Below are positions 57,301-64,000 of a stretch of DNA of 64,000 nucleotides, piece after piece (position 1 is the first letter of the stretch; every line of letters begins with the position of its first letter). Location: the NCBI RefSeq assembly GCF_003704095.1, contig NW_020846280.1, forward strand, positions 248,001-312,000, in the 5' to 3' direction. The stretch is from Pocillopora damicornis. Lineage: Eukaryota. Both the position numbers and the translations under genes were made by a program. The notes under the pieces are model-generated. The model worked only from the letters and a program-made list of their open reading frames with translations. It was not told where the DNA came from and did no database searches.

Positions 57301-60300
57301 ACAGCTCTCTTAAGTTCATCAGCCAAGCAATACAGTGGCGTTTGATGCGATTAGTGGATAAGAATACTTCAATGAAACAACAACACGTACGAGAAACGAA
57401 TCATTGGTATCTTACCACTGGTCTCCAAGATGCTGGTTGTCCTGTACACCGGCGTGGGTGTGACTGCGGTACTCGTCTGGACAGAGCTGGGTGTCCTGCT
57501 GAAAACACTGTCAAGTCTGCTGCTGGAGTTCACTACACGCGTGCCGCGAGTAACGTGCGTGGAAAGAATCAAAGTATCTGTAACGGAGGTTGGTATCGCA
57601 GTTGCAGAAGTTGGTATGACTGTAGTTGAAGGTAGTATTTCTGTGGCAGATGCTGGTGGGATTGTGACAGAAGTTGGAATGACTGTGATTGAGGGTAGTG
57701 ACACCACAGTAGAGGTTACCACAATTATGGCAGAGGACATTCGTGACATTGTGCTGTCAATTCCAGTAGTTGATTTTCTTAATGAAGAGGTCGACGAAAG
57801 AGAACTGAAATTCATCGAAACAGTTCTGCTTGCGCCGAACAACGTCGTCGAATTTTGCACGATTCTGCTGGACTCACTAACATCACTTTTGCTAAGCAAA
57901 GTTGTCTGGTCTTGTGAATTTAGAAGTGAGGATGCTGAACTTGAAGTGGGTATGGACGACAGAGTTGTAGGGCTGATTTGGGTAGTTGACATCTCTGTTG
58001 TAGTTAAATTCATTACAGAGGTGTCTGCAGGGGTAAAAACAACAGAAAATGCGGTACTTGAATCCAACACAGGAACTGAACTGCTTAAATTTGCCATCAA
58101 CGTGGAAGACGATCCAACGATAGGTTTGCCACTGGAGAACACTGACGGCATCAATGAGGAATTAACGTTAAAATGTCCACTTGAGCTGGTAACAACAGAC
58201 ATTGCCGATGAAGTCGTTCTTGTTGCAGAGAGAGTTGAGTTCATAGATTTGGTGACAGCACTTGATACCGCTGTAGGACTTCCTTTAGTACTTGAAGCAA
58301 TCGTGGAATTCACAGGAACTTCAGAGCTTGTGGTCCGTTTTACAGACAATGAAAAATCTGAGTCTGTAATTCTAGTTAAGTTCGGTCTTAGATCAATGCT
58401 TGAAAACATGCTGGTAAACTGAGAAGTGCTCAATGGTGAAATTGTGCTAAATACAAACGCAGTTGTTGTGATTTTTGGAGTGGACGAAATGTTAACACTC
58501 GATTTTTTAATTCCTTTCGAAGTGATGGTAGGGACAACACTACGATTAGCGAAGAAGGTGCTCGGAAAACTTCGGGTACCACTCGTCCTTGTTAACGGAA
58601 AAGCCGACGTAGTTACGGCGATAAACGATGACCTATTGATTTCAAATGTTGAATTCACCATTGCAGTCCTCTTGGCTGTGGAGGTCAATTTTGAAATGAA
58701 AACATAGATTAGGAACAAAATACGACACTATGAGAATTCCGTCCATTTTTTCCATGCAGTCAAAGATACCATACTTTATTCGAGGAAGGAGCATGCAGAC
58801 ACTTCATGTAGTTTTTCATGCAGCATACTCTGGAGCTCGGCGCACTGCTGATTGCGTGAGGTTACAGGATAGATCAGCAACTTGGAGAAAAACTTGTTAG
58901 AGGAAAATGAGTAGAAAGATGAAAAGTTTTGAAGAATTTCGATCAAAGAAGATAAGGGCAAAAGTCGGCTGAAAAGTTGTGAGGAAAGTTATTGTTTTTG
59001 CTTTATCAATGTATTAAGTTAGTTGGAGTTAAACTAGCTTGAAAAAAACAAAAACAAAAACAAAAAACAAAACAAACATTCTAAAAAGTATAGCGTGTTA
59101 AAGAAAAGGGTTTTCTGTTCCTGAGACCGTTGCCCTAAGCGTGTTTGTTAGAGGTTACTGCATGTGTACACATAGTACATGTCTTTGCACTGTTTTCTGG
59201 GTGGTGGCTACTAATTACAGAAAAGTTGTTGATTCCTATGGGAGTACCCTTGCCCTCTCTGCAAATACGTCAAATAAGTAAAAATCTTCTTGTAAAATTC
59301 TGTACTCTCTTAATTTGGCATCACAAGTACAAAATTATCTCTTTTCTCTATGGTTCTAAGATGTGAAGGTAGATATAAAAAAGACTTCAATTCGTGTACT
59401 TTGAAACGTTTTGCTATGTATATAATGCAAAAAATTCTGAACAGATAAAGGAAACCTTGAAGGATCTGGTTAACTACAGAATAGTTGGTGAAGGCGTTTG
59501 AGGATTGACGATGAAATGTTTTGAGTGCACTTAAGAAACAATTTAATGATAATCACCAATTTTTTTTTTATATCAAACAAATTCAAGGTTGACTTACTGG
59601 TAGTTGCATTCACAGATGTCACCTCACTGAAAATCAAGATGAAACACAATAAATTCAGTGAAAACAAACAGAGAATTATAGATACAAGCAAGAACAACTA
59701 GTTTGGTGAATGTACATGTAAGGATTCTGATAAGTTTAACTGGATCTAAGGAATAACTTTCCCCAAAGAACATTGTCAGACTTGTTATTGGCCAAAAGTC
59801 TTAATTATTTACTCTTAGCTATGTTTATTAGAGCCCACTTAGATCTCAAAAGTTAATCAAAACAAAGGAAAATACCACGAAAGAAAAAAAAACAATAAGA
59901 ATTTAGAATGAAAAAAGCAATCTGTCTGAAGTGGATGAAAACCTGAATGACCAGGTAGCTATTGGTCTTATTTTTGAATCTGATTGGTTTGAAAGAAGGA
60001 CAAGTTTTTGGGACCAATCTCAGGTGAAGTAAGGCAAAACCAAAGTAATCCCAAATTATTTTTGACACTTATTTAAAAATTGCATTATCTCTTCCGACAA
60101 CTCATTATCAACATCTACTTGTGCTTGTAATTGAACAGTTCTTGTTTCTCACCTTGCATTTGTTACAATAGGTGAAGACATCGATGATGGCAGAACAGCA
60201 GTTTTTGAGGAAGTGAGATTGGGCTGTAAGGTACTGCTTGAGAAGATTTGTACCCCAGATGTCTGGTTGGCTATTGTAGAACTCAGAAGCAACATGGAAG

Positions 60301-63300
60301 GACTTAACATCTGTGTTGCAGAACTGGACAACATCACTGAAGATGTGCTTGACAATGATGGGACCAGTGAACTTGTTTTGACCAATGATATCTCAGTGTT
60401 GTTCATTGTTGATGAAACGAGGCTTGTAAACAAAGATGATGTTGGCATTGGTGAAGTTGCCTTTGATTCGGTGGAGTTTCCTGGTTGAGGAGTTGATGGC
60501 AAGATTACCATGCTGCTTGTTACAAAGGCACTTGTCTTAGCAGACGATGTTAAATTTTCAACCAAAGTTGTATTTGGAGGAAGCAAAATTAAACTTGATG
60601 AAGAAGCCAAGAAAGTACTCTTTGATGTCATGGATGAAAGATTTGAGCTGGTAGTGGATATCACAGTGGATAAACTTGTGTGACTGGCTGCACTTGTGAT
60701 AAGCAGTGATGTGTTAGCAACAGGCATAAAGCTACTTGGAACTACAGTCACTGACGCAGTTGCTTGAGTGATTAACGTCAATGAAGACACATTTGGAATT
60801 GAAGAATTTAACTTTGCCGTGGATGTTGCTGGAAAAGTTGACTGAAGCGTAGTAAGAACTGATGGAAAACTTGATGAAATACTAACAGATGTGACTAAAG
60901 TGCTTCTGTTGAAAGACGCAGTCAGTGAAGATGCTCTCACTGCTATGGAAGTGTTTCCTTGGGATGCTGAAGGAACTGTAGTTGAGGAAATTACAGCTTG
61001 ACTTGTATTCAGTGTTATCATTGTCAGCGAACTCAAGATTGATCTATTCTGTGATGATACAATGGTTGATTTGTTGGGTGAAGAAGCACTAAGTATAAAA
61101 GACAGCGTTCTTGTGACAAATGTTGAATTCAGAGATGGGGTATGACTCTCTGATATAGTTATTGTTCTATTGGCAGAAACGATGTTTGTTGGACGTGATG
61201 CAGAAGAACTGTTCAGTGTCAGCAGAAGCTTTGAAGAGGTTAAGATACTTGTTATGCTGGTGTTTATATTGACAGCACTTGAAGACTTGAATACTGTGGC
61301 ACTGAGTAACTGGCTTGATGTTGTCAAGCTAACACTTACACTTGGAGATAGGATTATAGTTCTGTTTGGCAAAATACTTGAAGTTGTTAAATTGATGCTC
61401 ACACTATAAGATGGGAAAATAGTCCTGTTTGGAAACTGAATTGAAGTTGTTGGATAGATGCTAACACTAGAAGATGTGAAAATTAGACTAGATGATGCAA
61501 AAGCAGTTTTGTTTGGTGGCTGACTTGATTCTGTCAAGTTGAAGTGTATGCTGGAGGATGATGACATACTTTTGTTTACTAGCAGGCTTGACGCTGTCAA
61601 ATTAAAGCCAGTGGTAGAAGACTGAATGCTTTTCATTGTTAACTGACTGAACAATGTTGAGTTGATGCTAACACTTGTGGTTTTGGTAACAGTTCTGTTT
61701 GGTGTAACACTTGGAAGTAAAGTTGTGGAATTCTGGCTTGCAGATTTTAAAGTAACAGTTTTTGAGACAATGACCAAAGTGGACATATTTGACAATCTTG
61801 AGGGTGGGGTACTGGATGCAGAGGGCGTAGGGGTAATAGCAAAAATCCCCTGTGCTTGTCTTCGAACTCTGCGTCGTACCATGTCTTTTTGAGTTCCAGA
61901 CAAGACATGCCACCCCACCACAGGGACACCCATCAGTGTGCTAATGGTTCCATCTTGAGCAGCAGTTTCAAGTTTTGAAAAACCTACATCTGTCAGCTTT
62001 AATGCACCACATGCCATGTTCCAGGTTATGAAACTCCTTATGCCTTTGGCAAATCTACCGTCTCCCACACCAGCTGCTATAACAGTGGGATTGTCTAGTT
62101 GTTGTGTTATTGGGTTGGAAATCCCACCTGAGAAGAAGCCTAATTTGCTAGAGTCCACACTGAGATGGCCAGCCATTTTAACCACTAACATCATACGCTG
62201 ATGCCCATTAAGGCTTTGTATGTCCATGTTCAACTCCACTGTTCCCAGGATTGCCTGTATTCTGGGAGGACACGACAAACCAAGAGCAGGTTTGTGATCA
62301 TTGCTGCTAAAGCCTGTAGTGCTGAGATGAACTGATACTGGCAGTTGTTCACTTATAGACATAACAACAATGGAAAATGACTGTGACCCACAAACATGGC
62401 CGCCCAGTGAAGTGTCCTTTGTCAAAGCTACAACTAGGATGTTGTAAGTTCCCTTATCTTTATCTGAGGGAACACCATATAGTTGTTTCTTGTTGCTGCT
62501 ATATGACAGCCAGTGTGAGAGAAATCTATCTGCTGTTTCTGAAACCTGCAAAAATAAAAGGATTATTCAAAAACACAATCAAAGGTTCCTTGCATCCACA
62601 GGCTAGAAAATTAATTTGCAGGTTGAAAAAGTTGTGGCGATTCTTTTACCAGGATTCTCAGTCCAGGACCACATTCACATTATGTTGATGTAAACGCAGT
62701 ACTCTACTTAGCATTCCCATTGGCAATGTAAACATTGTCATGACTAATGATGAAATTGAGCCAATCTACATGTAGTATGGGGTGACAAGGAAACACTATG
62801 GGACAATTTTTTCTACCAATGGGGTGTGTTGTCTCGGCTTTGGGTAACAAAACATCAGGGAATGTGGCAATATAAGCTACATTCACCAACTCTGTATACT
62901 TTAGGTGCAACTTACCACAATGCTGTTCACATTGCAATCGAATACATCCTCAGAAATATTGTAACTAAATACAGATCCAACATAGACAACCGCATTAGGC
63001 AGCACTTTGCTTTTCACAGATGGTTTAGGTTGTACACTTTCTTGACTTGATACAACTGGTAACAAAATTGTGCCAAACAAACTGGCAATCAGTAATATCC
63101 ACCACAGTCTAAGCCTTGGTATACCCTTTGCAGATATAATTCCACTGAAAACACTGCCAACAGTGTTTGATAGGCTCCAAAATAGCAGTAAAAGTCTTAG
63201 CAAACACGAATTTAATCCCAGAAAAGTCCATCTTGAAGTAGATCTTATAAGTGATTTTTTTCTCCAAGGAGTACACTTCAGAAAGTTTTTGTTGCAGTTT

Positions 63301-63428
63301 TGTTCACGTGGATTTGAATTTCCAGACATCTGTGGGCAGTTACAACAACATCGAGGGATCGATGTCCAACAGGACGATGCAGACGTCCTTTCAATTGGTA
63401 GACAATACAAAGATGTTGTTTTATCCAT
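54319..63428 (-). CDS. DAG1: Dystroglycan homologue with a giant Ser/Thr mucin-like region; 5 coding exons, about 2,358 aa
   Basis: Exons on the - strand: 63428-62916, 62545-60153, 59626-59598, 58675-57416, 57200-54319; 7077 nt in total, phases consistent. It contains a hydrophobic signal segment, an N-terminal cadherin-like Ig domain (WLSY..LYGVP..DKG), an S6-like domain (GVPVVGWHV), a furin site RRRVRR followed by TPTP, a mucin region, a second Ig/CADG domain (IPEDTFYDREDG..WLQFD..GLP), an SEA module with AG|SVIMSWTN, a TM helix, a basic juxtamembrane stretch and a PPxY tail (PPSY, PPAY). Confidence 0.92.
56401..56700 (-). repeat. Coding tandem duplication, 2 x 150 bp (50 aa), in the dystroglycan mucin region
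   Basis: 56401-56550 and 56551-56700 are nearly identical (KSSVTD..SRIVSSVTSLMTSGVTLDRTSSVTMQTEFAV). Confidence 0.95.
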
Positions 63429-63473
63429 CTTTTATCTCTTTTTGGCTTAATGCACACCAAGGTAATAATTTTT

Positions 63474-63512
63474 TTAGCTGATCCACTCTTGCCTTCTTGA
63501 TAAGATCACCAT
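63474..63512 (-). promoter_or_regulatory. Short upstream ORF (MVILSRRQEWIS*) in the dystroglycan 5' UTR
   Basis: ATG at 63512 and TAA at 63474-63476, downstream of a TTTCAG acceptor near 63526 and upstream of the main ATG at 63428. Confidence 0.45.
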
Positions 63513-64000
63513 GATTGAAAAGTGGCTGAAATAAAAGTAAGAGAAAATTATCAACACGCAAGGTTGGAATACATATACAATGTGTTCACAACACGGCCTC
63601 TTTTAAAACAGAAGGTAAGCACTCCTGTTGCAATCTGAATTACCATTTGGTTTCTCCTTGTTATCTCAGGTCAAACGGATAATTTGGAATGTATATATGT
63701 TTGAGGGATTGAAAATTTCATTTTTGATGATGAAGTCAGATGTTTAAATGAAATCGTCATGAATGGTGTACCGACCAAACCTGTTGCGGTTTTCAATTTA
63801 AACGGAATTATGCTGCATAAGAATCTATGTATGTTCCAAACACTGCCAAGCGATAAAAATACTGTGAGATGAAAAAGTTAATCTAGTGGAAGTCACACCG
63901 ATGTAGAAACGTGTCATTACAAGGGTCGGATTTCGTTTCCTTGTTTTCATGGTTACAAATACAAAAGATGAAAACAAAGGCCGTAACGGCAGTTTTTTTC

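Noticed and set aside
57430-58422. 330-aa + strand ORF (and 55796-56344, 56489-56833, 58426-58707)
   Set aside because: Antisense shadows of the Ser/Thr-rich dystroglycan exons; their V/E/D-rich composition follows from the complementary codons.

Overview
Animal nuclear DNA: AT-rich, GT-AG introns, three N gaps. The repeat landscape and gene content suggest a cnidarian, probably a scleractinian coral; that assignment is an inference. I reconstructed four loci by hand-splicing. (1) + strand, 8702-19600: a 17-exon NET1/ARHGEF3-family DH-PH RhoGEF of about 453 aa, with a candidate alternative upstream exon at 5113-5214. (2) - strand, about 24151-24662: a decayed ASB13-like ankyrin-repeat gene, apparently a pseudogene. 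(3) + strand, 26126-51995: a roughly 35-exon, roughly 4,100-aa TASOR/FAM208 homologue, the scaffold of the HUSH silencing complex. It has pseudo-PARP, SPOC and DomII/PIN domains separated by a very large low-complexity insert. (4) - strand, 54319-63428: a giant dystroglycan of about 2,358 aa with a greatly expanded Ser/Thr mucin region. The order and orientation NET1(+)-ASB13(-)-TASOR(+) match human 10p15 (NET1-ASB13-TASOR2) and, in part, 3p14 (ARHGEF3-TASOR). Introns carry many ~200-bp TTAA-flanked MITEs, tRNA-derived SINE-like elements and local tandem duplications. All human sequence and synteny comparisons are from memory, not from searches, and need confirming by alignment.
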